DNA from: an uncultured Coprobacillus sp.
GTDB taxonomy: Bacteria > Bacillota_I > Bacilli_A > RFN20 > CAG-826
DNA length: 64,000 nt
Direction of reading: 5' to 3'
NCBI GenBank assembly: GCA_964583155.1
Contig: CAZOUY010000003.1
Location: forward strand, 22,150 to 86,149
Part shown: piece after piece, positions 40,389-49,603 of the stretch
How the letters are laid out: the number at the start of each line of letters is the position of its first letter
Numbering within the stretch: position 1 is the first letter of the stretch
Notes under the pieces: generated by a model
The model's database searches: none
What the model was told of the DNA's origin: nothing
The model's input: the letters and a program-made list of their open reading frames with translations, nothing else
Made by a program: the position numbers and the translations under genes

Positions 40389-41804
40389 TTACTCTACTTC
40401 GCCTTCTTCGTCAGAACGTGCCGGATCATCAAAACGTCCGATATTCTTTGTAAACATTAATTCCACTTCGCCAATTTGCCCATTACGATTTTTCGCTACC
40501 ATAACATTAACCACGGTGGCATTGTTATCTTCTGAGGTGGAGTCACTACTAGATTTCTCGTCTTTTTTATCGTTCTCTTTGTTTTCATATGGTTTATAGT
40601 AGTCTTCGCGATATAACAAAAGCACTTGATCAGCATCCTGCTCGATGGAGCCGGATTCACGGAGATCGCTTAGCATCGGTTTTTTCACCGTTCGACTATC
40701 GACCGCACGGGAAAGCTGACAAATCACAATGATAGGTACCTCTAATTCTCGAGCTAATTCTTTTAACGAACGAGAAATCTCAGAGACCTCCAATTGCCGA
40801 CTTTCCACCTTCTTATTTCCGGTGGTGATCAGTCCAATATAATCAATCATAATTAACTGAAGATCGGGTTGCTCCATTTTGAGCTTGCGGGATTTCGCCA
40901 TGATATCCATCAGCTTGATGCCGGGTGTATCATCGATAAACATTTTTAAATTAGATATTTCCGTCATAGCTCGATCTAACGCCGAATCGTCTTTTTTCGT
41001 TAAATGTCCTGTCTGGATCTTGCCAAGATCAACACCGGACCGATTCGCTAATAGACGTAAAATAAGCTGCTCCGATGGCATCTCCAAGGAAAAAATAGCC
41101 ACTGTCTTTTGGGTCTTATAAGCGGCATTAAAGGCGAGATTCAATCCCAAAGCTGTTTTTCCTACGGAAGGTCGGGCGGCAATGATAATAATGTCCGACT
41201 TTTGGAAGCCATGCGTCAATAAATTGAGCTTCCGATATCCGGTTGGAACGCCTGTCACACCGTCTTCACTCGCGGTTCGTTGGGTCTTCAATCCTTGGCG
41301 GACCTTCTTGGTCACTTCTTCTGCGGTTAAAAATGAACTGATTCTTCTTTTTTCCGCAGCCTTCATAACATCGCGACCGGCATCGCCAATAAAGGTTCCG
41401 ATATCATCGATTTCGTTATTCGTATAATCCTCGATAATGCGATCCATGACTTGAAGGATGTTCCGAAGATTCGCTTGATCGCGGACGATATTGATATAGT
41501 GCTCAATGCTAGAAATGCTGACAATCGAATCACATAATTCAAGAAGATAGGCGACACCGCCGATCTTCTCAAGCTCCTTCCAGTTAATTAAGATCTCGGT
41601 GACCGTTTTAATATCAACAGGAATTGCACGCGCTTGAACCTCTAAAATCGCGCGAAAGATGACCTGATGATTGCGTTCGAAAAAATCAGATTCCACTAAT
41701 AAAGAGGAGCCATCGATCAAAGCGTCCCTTGATGTGAGCATCGCTCCTAAAACTGTTTTTTCCATTTCCACATTAGCGGGTAACTTCTTGAGCATACTTT
41801 TCAC
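40389..41804 (-). CDS. dnaB: replicative DNA helicase
   Basis: 471 aa. Walker A ARPSVGKT. ...LLYREDYY...NRNGQIGEVEL... Contains a ~25-aa acidic/Ser-rich insertion near the C-terminus. Confidence 0.9.
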   Translation of the reverse strand: MKSMLKKLPANVEMEKTVLGAMLTSRDALIDGSSLLVESDFFERNHQVIFRAILEVQARAIPVDIKTVTEILINWKELEKIGGVAYLLELCDSIVSISSIEHYINIVRDQANLRNILQVMDRIIEDYTNNEIDDIGTFIGDAGRDVMKAAEKRRISSFLTAEEVTKKVRQGLKTQRTASEDGVTGVPTGYRKLNLLTHGFQKSDIIIIAARPSVGKTALGLNLAFNAAYKTQKTVAIFSLEMPSEQLILRLLANRSGVDLGKIQTGHLTKKDDSALDRAMTEISNLKMFIDDTPGIKLMDIMAKSRKLKMEQPDLQLIMIDYIGLITTGNKKVESRQLEVSEISRSLKELARELEVPIIVICQLSRAVDSRTVKKPMLSDLRESGSIEQDADQVLLLYREDYYKPYENKENDKKDEKSSSDSTSEDNNATVVNVMVAKNRNGQIGEVELMFTKNIGRFDDPARSDEEGEVE

Positions 41805-42253
41805 CGTTCTTTTTCGACAACATGAACCTTAAAGGTTCCGATGATGCCTTTATATAATTCTACTTTGACAATTGTTGTGCCAAAAACGTTGACCGTATCT
41901 CGATCAACAAATTTTCGCTTGTCGATAATAATCCCATGCTTGGACTTTAATACTTCACATATTTGTTTCCCGGAAATAGAACCGAACATGCGCCCATCTT
42001 TTCCGGCAACCGCTTGAAATTCAACGATAATGCTCTCGAGTTGAGTCTTTAAACGCTCCGCTTCCGCACGTTTATCTTCTTCCGCTTGACGTTTTGCTTC
42101 AATTTGATTATCCAAAATCTCTTGGCTTCTTTTGGTTAAGATGACCGCCAATCTCCGTGGGACTAAATAATTATTGGCATATCCATCGCTCACATCAACC
42201 GTTTGTCCTTTTTTGCCTACACCTTTTACATCTTGTAATAAAATAACCTGCAT
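41801..42253 (-). CDS. rplI: 50S ribosomal protein L9
   Basis: 150 aa, MQVILLQDVKGVGKKGQ. Confidence 0.9.
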   Translation of the reverse strand: MQVILLQDVKGVGKKGQTVDVSDGYANNYLVPRRLAVILTKRSQEILDNQIEAKRQAEEDKRAEAERLKTQLESIIVEFQAVAGKDGRMFGSISGKQICEVLKSKHGIIIDKRKFVDRDTVNVFGTTIVKVELYKGIIGTFKVHVVEKER

Positions 42254-42270
42254 TGCGTTTAACCTCCTTT

Positions 42271-44460
42271 TTAAGATTCTAATTCATCGAGCTCTTTGAT
42301 TTTATCTCTAATACGATCACGGACATCCTCAACCGTCAAGCCGGAAACGTTGAATATAACCGCCGCACGATCAAATTCACCGCCGCCATAGCCATCTTTA
42401 AAGCTCTCCGCGATTCGTTGAACGTTATATTTTCCATTACCGCGCGCACTCACCTTGATGCCATGATCGCTGACTCTTCCAATCACAAAGCAAGCATCGA
42501 CATCCCTCGTCGCCACGTGTTCATCAGCGACTTTCGCTAAAATATCTTCATCGAGCAAGGAATTGGGCTTCTTCGGATCGGTCGCACAGATGATAAAAAT
42601 ATGAATATCACCACTGATAAAGAAGTTCAATGAATCGAAGCTTGAAGAGACTCCCGCGCCAATGCTGCATTTCAATTGATAGGTTTCATAAGCCTCTTTG
42701 AGCATATTGCTAGCATTTTCCGATTTAGCGCCTCTTTGAACCAATAAATTACATGCCTGATAGGTTGTGGTATCAACTCTATTTTTAAAGAATCCGGTAT
42801 CAAGCATGATTCCCGATAAAAGCGTATCCGCAATTAAGGGATCCATCTTTATATCTTCTTCCGTATATTGTAATAAGTGAGCCACCATCTCCGAGCACGA
42901 GGAAATCGAAGGATCGACGCACTCTAAAATAGGAGTAATTTCCATCTCTTTGGTATTCTTCATATGGTGATCGAAAACAACAACCTTATTCGGCGTATTA
43001 AAACGACTTTCTCTGTCGAACAGTTTGCTTAAAAGCGAGCCGAAAGGATTATAAACATCGGTTAAAATAACTAGCGAGCGATCATCAATCATTTCCGCGA
43101 CATCATTGGGACTGACAAAAATAGCTTTCAATCCGGAGCCCCTTAATGATTGGTAAGTCGCTAGCGTGTTCGATTGCGAGGATTCGGGATCAAAAACGAC
43201 ATATGTAGGAATATTATCGCCATTATTGCGACGGACGGTTCTAGCAAAAGTATAGAATCCTAAAGAGCTTCCTAAACTGTCCATATCGGAAATTTTATGA
43301 CCCGAAATAATAACCTTCGAGGCTTCACGAATGCTCGATGATAAGGATTGAGCATAGGTCCGATATTTCACCATATTCTGCTGTCTTTGGACTTTATTCT
43401 TACCGCCAAACACCGTTTGTCCTTCCGTGTTGACAACAATAATCTGATCACCACCACGACGTAAGGCCGTCGAACAAGCGCGCGTTGCTTTATTTTCTAG
43501 AGAAATAATGCTTTCATTAAAGCCATGGGCAAAGCCGATGGAAATGGTCATTACTAAAGCATTGTCACCACGTGAGTTTTCCTGAATGGTCTCAAGAAGA
43601 CTAAAGCGTTCATCCATCATTTTATTGAAATTTTCAAAATTGCTGATGATTAAGTATTCATCATCTTTGTTCATAATTGCCAAAGCTCCATGCTCGGAAA
43701 AATATTTATCGATCATATGATGCGTTTGGAAGACCATATCATTAAACTTTTTGGTTTCTAATATCTTTGATAATTCATCATAGGTGTCAATAACCAATTT
43801 GCCAATAACCACCGCTTCCTTTAAAGCCATGGCGTGCTCTTCAGCATAATCGGATACATCATGAAAAAGAAAAAGGTGCGAATCATGCAAATATTCGACA
43901 TCGTATGTCATATTGTTTATTTTCAAGCGAATGACATTTTTATCTTGTTCATTGATTCCTTTTAATTCTTTGAAAACCGAATAAATATTCATGTCCAATA
44001 TGGCGATTTGCCGTTCAGAAAGAAATTCGTTCATCCAAATAACGATATCGTTTTTATCAACGACAACCAAGCCTAATTTAGAAAAATCATAGGCCTCCTT
44101 GACATCTTGTCCAATAATAGATGCGACATCGAGATCGGTTCTATGAGAAACTTTAATCATTTTGGAAATTTTACAAATTATAAAAATCGAATCAATCACA
44201 ATCAAAGTCGCAAAAATAACGGTAATGATCAAAGGATCCATCAGATTCAACATAAAAGGAAACTTTTCAGTGTTTCTCGATCCAATGACAAATAAAATAA
44301 CAAAAACTATTTGCACGACCGCCAATAACGATCCTTGGATGGTGGTCCTATGCAAAGTTTTCTTTAGCGAAGAATGTGATTTTTTTTCTTTCTTCTTTTT
44401 TTTGATTACATCAACAGCTTTAGTAGAATAAGAAGTTGAATGTCTGGCCACAATGATCAC
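42271..44460 (-). CDS. gdpP: cyclic-di-AMP phosphodiesterase GdpP (DHH/DHHA1, 2 TM + PAS + degenerate GGDEF)
   Basis: 729 aa. N-terminal two TM helices. ...FDHHM... DHH motif. C-terminal DHHA1 with GGGH-like GYGGGEF. Conserved position between yybS and rplI. Confidence 0.85.
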   Translation of the reverse strand: MIIVARHSTSYSTKAVDVIKKKKKEKKSHSSLKKTLHRTTIQGSLLAVVQIVFVILFVIGSRNTEKFPFMLNLMDPLIITVIFATLIVIDSIFIICKISKMIKVSHRTDLDVASIIGQDVKEAYDFSKLGLVVVDKNDIVIWMNEFLSERQIAILDMNIYSVFKELKGINEQDKNVIRLKINNMTYDVEYLHDSHLFLFHDVSDYAEEHAMALKEAVVIGKLVIDTYDELSKILETKKFNDMVFQTHHMIDKYFSEHGALAIMNKDDEYLIISNFENFNKMMDERFSLLETIQENSRGDNALVMTISIGFAHGFNESIISLENKATRACSTALRRGGDQIIVVNTEGQTVFGGKNKVQRQQNMVKYRTYAQSLSSSIREASKVIISGHKISDMDSLGSSLGFYTFARTVRRNNGDNIPTYVVFDPESSQSNTLATYQSLRGSGLKAIFVSPNDVAEMIDDRSLVILTDVYNPFGSLLSKLFDRESRFNTPNKVVVFDHHMKNTKEMEITPILECVDPSISSCSEMVAHLLQYTEEDIKMDPLIADTLLSGIMLDTGFFKNRVDTTTYQACNLLVQRGAKSENASNMLKEAYETYQLKCSIGAGVSSSFDSLNFFISGDIHIFIICATDPKKPNSLLDEDILAKVADEHVATRDVDACFVIGRVSDHGIKVSARGNGKYNVQRIAESFKDGYGGGEFDRAAVIFNVSGLTVEDVRDRIRDKIKELDELES

Positions 44461-44543
44461 CTCATTATCAAAGTAATTATATTATACAACGTAAGATAAG
44501 AATAAAATAGTAGTTTTCTTTTGGATAATTTTAAATAATTAAA

Positions 44544-45455
44544 TCACGGATGAAGTTTCGCGTCGAGTTTAAATAGGGATACAATGACCCCATTTACCAC
44601 ATGAAGAGGAAAAAGTAAAAGCCCCAAACATGCCAAATAATAAATGATAGCCTTATGCTTTACACGAGCTAAGGAAGCAAAATACATGAGGGAAAGAACA
44701 ATAAACATCAATCCGCCGATAGCGGTGAGATTAACAACCACCGTCCATAAAATCTTAATAAAGCCCGTAATGGAATCAAAAAAGACAAGACTGACAATAT
44801 TTAGAGCTATTAAGCACAGGTAGCCGATGCTTATTCCTATCGGAATCCGAAAGGATGGAATCTTTATAATATCCGTGGAATGCTTAAACATTCGGTTAGC
44901 TAAAAGTGATGTCAGAAAATGAAACAGATATCCCTCTAAAACACTCATAATAATGATAATACTCGGGATTAATCCTACCGCAATCGCCTCAATCATAGCT
45001 TTGATTTTTACGTTATCGGTGGGAAATTTCATGAAAAAGGACTGTACTTTTTCTTGGATATCTTCGAGAATCGTGTATCCATAAAGAAGACGCGAAAAAA
45101 CTAGTAGTGTCAAAATATTGATTATCAAAGAGCCGATCAATGCAATACCAACACTCCATTTATTTTGTGGGAATTTTTTAAGATAAGATCCATAAATCAA
45201 ACCAATGGTGTTGCCGCTTGTTATATATAGTAGCCCATGAATTGGATTATGCAAAAGCGATAAGGCCGAGATGGCGACAAACGGAATTAATCCTTTCCGA
45301 AATCCATATTTCATCGAATAGAGCGCTACCGGAATAGGGATTAAAAACGGGAATAGCTCTTCAATTTCCGCACCAGTAAAATGAGAAAAAAGTAAAACAG
45401 CTATCATAATAGTGGTCGTCATTGCCGCATCTGTTAAATATCGTAATTTATTCAC
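44544..45455 (-). CDS. yybS: YybS-family (DUF2232) polytopic membrane protein
   Basis: 303 aa with multiple TM helices. Position rpsR-yybS-gdpP is conserved with B. subtilis. Confidence 0.7.
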   Translation of the reverse strand: MNKLRYLTDAAMTTTIMIAVLLFSHFTGAEIEELFPFLIPIPVALYSMKYGFRKGLIPFVAISALSLLHNPIHGLLYITSGNTIGLIYGSYLKKFPQNKWSVGIALIGSLIINILTLLVFSRLLYGYTILEDIQEKVQSFFMKFPTDNVKIKAMIEAIAVGLIPSIIIIMSVLEGYLFHFLTSLLANRMFKHSTDIIKIPSFRIPIGISIGYLCLIALNIVSLVFFDSITGFIKILWTVVVNLTAIGGLMFIVLSLMYFASLARVKHKAIIYYLACLGLLLFPLHVVNGVIVSLFKLDAKLHP

Positions 45456-45515
45456 TTTTTTCTCCTTTCTTGATAAAAAGCCTCCTTTTTACGGAGGCTT
45501 TACTTCATTTTATGA

Positions 45516-45743
45516 TTAGTCAATGACATATGGTAATAAAGCCATATATCGAGCATTTTTAATTGCTTTCGCCAATTCACGTTGATATTTAGCGCATGTT
45601 CCTGTCACACGACGAGGAGTAATTTTACCATTAGGTGAAATAAAACGCTTTAATAATTCCACATCTTTATAATCGATGTATGCAACTTTATTTTTGGTGA
45701 AATAGCAAACCTTTTTACGAGGTCTAATTTTTTTGAAACCCAT
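45516..45743 (-). CDS. rpsR: 30S ribosomal protein S18
   Basis: 75 aa, ...[32 protein letters not shown]... Confidence 0.95.
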   Translation of the reverse strand: MGFKKIRPRKKVCYFTKNKVAYIDYKDVELLKRFISPNGKITPRRVTGTCAKYQRELAKAIKNARYMALLPYVID

Positions 45744-45775
45744 ATTGTTTCAACCACCTTTCTTTTAGTTAATCT

Positions 45776-46210
45776 TTAAAACGGTAAATCGTCATCAGCA
45801 ATGTCAATTGCCGATAAATTTCTATCGCTATTTTCTTCAGTGATATCATCAAATGCTGGAGTATCATTGCGAGGAGCGTTTTCGCTCATCGAGCTTTTCG
45901 GCTCTAAGAACTGTACTGAATCGCAAACGACTTCCAAAACATTTACACGACGTCCATCTTTAGAATCATAGGTTCTTTGATTCAAGCGTCCTTCAACGCC
46001 CACCAATGATCCTTTTCTAGTAAATTTCGCCATATTATCCGCAGCTTGATTCCACACCGTGCATGGAATGAAACTAGCACTTTTCTCTGCGCCGCTTTTT
46101 ACACGATTATCAACCGCAATAGTGAAGGAAGCGACAGCAATACCCGAACTAGTTCTACGAAGTTCTGGATCTCTTGTTAAACGACCGACTAACACGACAC
46201 GATTAATCAT
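45776..46210 (-). CDS. ssb: single-stranded DNA-binding protein
   Basis: 144 aa. OB fold MINRVVLVGRLTRDPELR. Acidic tail DDDLPF. Confidence 0.9.
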   Translation of the reverse strand: MINRVVLVGRLTRDPELRRTSSGIAVASFTIAVDNRVKSGAEKSASFIPCTVWNQAADNMAKFTRKGSLVGVEGRLNQRTYDSKDGRRVNVLEVVCDSVQFLEPKSSMSENAPRNDTPAFDDITEENSDRNLSAIDIADDDLPF

Positions 46211-46227
46211 TTTGAAATCCTCCTTTT

Positions 46228-46554
46228 TTATTCAGCATGATCAACAACGATTAAATGACGAAGAATATTGTTGTTAATTTTGGCAAGACGATCAAACTCA
46301 TTGGTAGCCGTAGATTCAGCGGTAACCTTCACGACGACATAATAACCTTTTGTTTCATCATCGATTGCATAAGCTAAATCGCGTAATCCCCACTCATTGA
46401 CGTTATCGACACTACCGCCATTATCAGTAATAACCGCATTCATTTTAGCGATAACTTCATTGCGAGCATTTTCATCAAGATTAGCTTTAACAATATACAT
46501 AATCTCGTACTTTTTCATAATATAAGTACACCTCCCTTTGGACAATCTGGTCAA
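46228..46554 (-). CDS. rpsF: 30S ribosomal protein S6
   Basis: 108 aa, MKKYEIMYIV... First gene of rpsF-ssb-rpsR. Confidence 0.9.
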   Translation of the reverse strand: MTRLSKGRCTYIMKKYEIMYIVKANLDENARNEVIAKMNAVITDNGGSVDNVNEWGLRDLAYAIDDETKGYYVVVKVTAESTATNEFDRLAKINNNILRHLIVVDHAE

Positions 46555-46611
46555 CTTAATGAAATAGTTGACAGAGAGTAATAACTATAGCCTTCACTCC
46601 ATAGCAGAATT

Positions 46612-46640
46612 ATTATATAATAATTCATATTAATTGTAAA
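46612..46640 (-). promoter_or_regulatory. sigma-A promoter TTTACA-17-TATAAT driving rpsF-ssb-rpsR; ~55-nt leader (46555-46605) may carry an S6:S18 autoregulatory structure
   Basis: Minus-strand tttaca (46640-46635), 17-nt spacer, tataat (46617-46612). SD aaagggagg before ATG 46554. Confidence 0.5.
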
Positions 46641-46694
46641 TAAAAAGCGTGAAGTATTGGGATACGTATGCCCCAATATCATCTACGCTTTTCT
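46631..46694 (-). terminator. rho-independent terminator of the Clp-ATPase gene
   Basis: Outer stem aaaagcgt/acgctttt (46643-46650 / 46685-46692) encloses the inner stem tattggg/cccaata. The minus-strand RNA ends ACGCUUUUUAUUUACA. Confidence 0.5.
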
Positions 46695-46711
46695 TTTTAT
46701 TTTTCCTAAAA

Positions 46712-48799
46712 TTACTTTATTTTTTCTTTTTCTTCATCTTCTAATATATCGGAAACAGCCATAACCACCGCCCTTTTAATGGAGCGGGCACCAAAACGTG
46801 CCAAATCTGTCTTATTTATTTCTATTTCAAGAGGATCAAGTATTTTGGCCAATTCCATATTTTGCGTCGCATTTAATAAGCTCTTGTATTTTTTGACTAA
46901 TTGCTGTTCTGTTTGAAGATTTAAATAGGCAAAAGGAATAATCTCATCGATTCGATTTAAAAATTCCAAGCGAAATCTTTGCGATAGCTTTTGATAGATA
47001 TCAACGACCATTTCTTTTTGCTCTCCGCCATGCAATCGCTTTGAAAAGCTATCACTTTTATCAAAGCCAAAGTTCGAAGTCATGATAAAAATCATATTAG
47101 AACAATCGATCTTTTCTTGGCGGGAATCATAAAAATACCCTTCATCAAAAATGCTTAAGAAAAAATCACAAATATCAACATGTGCCTTATCCATTTCATC
47201 TAATAAAACGACAGCGTTAGGATAAGTAGTCATCTTCTTAATAAACGACGTTTTTTCATCGGCTCCCATATATCCAGGGGGCGATCCGATGAGCTTATTA
47301 ATGGAAATAGCTTCTTGATAGGCGGTCATATCAATTCTAATGAAGGCATCCGGATTGCGCAAAAAGGTTTTGGCGATAATCTTAGCCGATTCGCTCTTTC
47401 CCACTCCGGAAGGCCCGGCAAAAAAGAGTACAGAAAGAGGCTTATTTGGTAAATGTATACCTTTTTCAAGCATGTTAAGCCATTTATATATTTTATTTAT
47501 TGCTTCCTCTTGTCCATATATATTAGCGGATAATTCATCTCTCGTTGTTTTGGCCTTCTTTTGAATATCGATGCTTATACCATAAAATGATTCAACTGTT
47601 TTGATAATATCATCTTTAGTTAGACTTTGATGGGCGATAACACAGCTATTATCCAATATATCAATCGCTTTATCGGGAAAGGTTCTGGATGGTAAATAGT
47701 TATCGGCAATTTCTACAATATAATCCGCTAAATTGCGCGGTATTTTGATATGGTAATATGATTCATAAAGCGGCAATAAGGACCGCATGATTTTTTTCGT
47801 TTCCCCAAAAGTTGATTGACTGATTTTAATTATCTGAAAGCGTCGACTTAACGCTTTATCTTTGGCAATAGTGGCATGAAATTCATCTACAGTGGTGGCC
47901 CCAATTAATTGTATTTCGCCTCTACTTAAGTATGGCTTTAAAATATTGCTAGCATCAATGGCCCCTTCGGCGCCTCCGGCTTTAATAATATTATGAATCT
48001 CATCGATAAATAAAATCGTATTTCCGTCTTCTTTAACCTTACGTATGATTTTCTTTAATTTTTCTTCAAACTCTCCTCGATATTTAGTTCCGCCAACCAC
48101 AGAAGAAAGATCCAATTCATAAATACGCTTATTCTCCAAGCCTTTAATTTTGTTCTGTGAAATGAGTAAAGCCAATTCTTCCACAATAGCGGTCTTACCG
48201 ATACCCGGTTCACCGACGAGCAAAGCATTGGGCTTATTTCTGCGTAATAATGCTCGAATCAATTGATCTAACTCGCGCTCTCTACCGATCAAAGGGTCTT
48301 TTTTTGTTTTGCTTAATTCGTGTAAATCGACGATATTATCCAATTCACTATGCTTTTTAGTTGCCTTGCTTATTCTTGCCATAATTTCCTTTTTTTCCAC
48401 CTTGTTTTTTGTTAAGAAATCAGCAACTAATCCCGTATTGTCTTCTAAAAGAACATAGGATAAAACCTCCGATGAAATCTTTTCTTCTTTGTATTCTTTG
48501 CTTTTAACTAAAGCAGAATCAAGCAATGTTTTTAAAGAAGAAGTGTATTCCATAAAATAAAGATCATCTTTATTCTTTTGGATGGCCTTCATCTCTTTTA
48601 AAAACAATTCATATGTCACTCCGTATTTTTTTAATTCTTGCGATAAAAGAGTGTCCTTGATTTTCAAAAAGGCCAAAAACAAATGCTCTTTTCCGATAAA
48701 AGAACTGGATAAATCGAAAGCTAAAGATTCCGCTACCGCAATAACTTTTTGCGCTTCTAAAGAAAATTTTTCCAACATGAGTCTGCATTCTCCTAACAA
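46712..48799 (-). CDS. Clp/Hsp100 family AAA+ ATPase with two nucleotide-binding domains (ClpC/ClpA-like, no M-domain/UVR linker)
   Basis: 695 aa. Clp_N repeats. D1 Walker A GEPGIGKT. D2 Walker A GPSGVGKS. Only a short linker separates D1 and D2. Start may be the Met at 48778. Confidence 0.8.
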   Translation of the reverse strand: MLGECRLMLEKFSLEAQKVIAVAESLAFDLSSSFIGKEHLFLAFLKIKDTLLSQELKKYGVTYELFLKEMKAIQKNKDDLYFMEYTSSLKTLLDSALVKSKEYKEEKISSEVLSYVLLEDNTGLVADFLTKNKVEKKEIMARISKATKKHSELDNIVDLHELSKTKKDPLIGRERELDQLIRALLRRNKPNALLVGEPGIGKTAIVEELALLISQNKIKGLENKRIYELDLSSVVGGTKYRGEFEEKLKKIIRKVKEDGNTILFIDEIHNIIKAGGAEGAIDASNILKPYLSRGEIQLIGATTVDEFHATIAKDKALSRRFQIIKISQSTFGETKKIMRSLLPLYESYYHIKIPRNLADYIVEIADNYLPSRTFPDKAIDILDNSCVIAHQSLTKDDIIKTVESFYGISIDIQKKAKTTRDELSANIYGQEEAINKIYKWLNMLEKGIHLPNKPLSVLFFAGPSGVGKSESAKIIAKTFLRNPDAFIRIDMTAYQEAISINKLIGSPPGYMGADEKTSFIKKMTTYPNAVVLLDEMDKAHVDICDFFLSIFDEGYFYDSRQEKIDCSNMIFIMTSNFGFDKSDSFSKRLHGGEQKEMVVDIYQKLSQRFRLEFLNRIDEIIPFAYLNLQTEQQLVKKYKSLLNATQNMELAKILDPLEIEINKTDLARFGARSIKRAVVMAVSDILEDEEKEKIK

Positions 48800-48876
48800 A
48801 TATTTATGTTTTACATAGGAAATTGTTGACCGCTTTTAGGAAATTAAACTTTCTTTATTTCGACAAAAAGAAAATA

Positions 48877-49596
48877 TTAGGACCGAAGCAAATCATTAAT
48901 GACTTCGGTAGCTATCATTAAGCCCGCAACCGCCGGAACCATCATAACACTCCCCGGATATTGTTTTATGGTCCCGTTTCCTAATGTCATTTCATGCTGG
49001 CCTTTAGGAACGATAGGTGTTTCCGTCGAATAGACAACCTTCAATTTTTTTACACCCCGTTTTTTTAATTCATGGCGCATAACTTTAGCTAAAGGACAGA
49101 TGGAAGTTTTAAATAAATCATCAACTTTAAGAAGACTGGGGTCGCATTTATTTCCCGTTCCCATGCAACTTATGATGGGAATATTTAAGCGCTCCGCTTC
49201 TAAAACCAAGGCTATTTTAGTGGAAATAGTGTCAATAGCGTCAACAATATAATCATATTCATTAAGAGAAATAGCGGAAATATTATCAGGCAAAATAAAG
49301 CCATCGAAAGTATTAATGATAGCGTGATTATTAATAGAAAGCATTCTTTCTTTCATAACCTCCACCTTTTTTCTTCCGATCGTGTCATAGGTAGCAATAA
49401 TTTGACGATTGAGATTGGAAACGCTCACTATGTCCGCATCGAAGATATCAAAATAAAAAATCCCACTGCGAATCAGAGCCTCAACCACATAGCCTCCCAC
49501 ACCACCAAGACCAAAAATTGCGACACGCTTATGCGATAATTTCGCAACATTTTCTTCACCATAAATTAATGCGGTTCGATCAAACTGCTTATCCAT
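48877..49596 (-). CDS. tcdA: tRNA threonylcarbamoyladenosine dehydratase (ThiF/MoeB E1-like)
   Basis: 239 aa. ...RVAIFGLGGVGGYVVEAL... nucleotide-binding fold. ...SNLNRQI... Confidence 0.8.
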   Translation of the reverse strand: MDKQFDRTALIYGEENVAKLSHKRVAIFGLGGVGGYVVEALIRSGIFYFDIFDADIVSVSNLNRQIIATYDTIGRKKVEVMKERMLSINNHAIINTFDGFILPDNISAISLNEYDYIVDAIDTISTKIALVLEAERLNIPIISCMGTGNKCDPSLLKVDDLFKTSICPLAKVMRHELKKRGVKKLKVVYSTETPIVPKGQHEMTLGNGTIKQYPGSVMMVPAVAGLMIATEVINDLLRS

Positions 49597-49603
49597 ATTA
49601 CCA

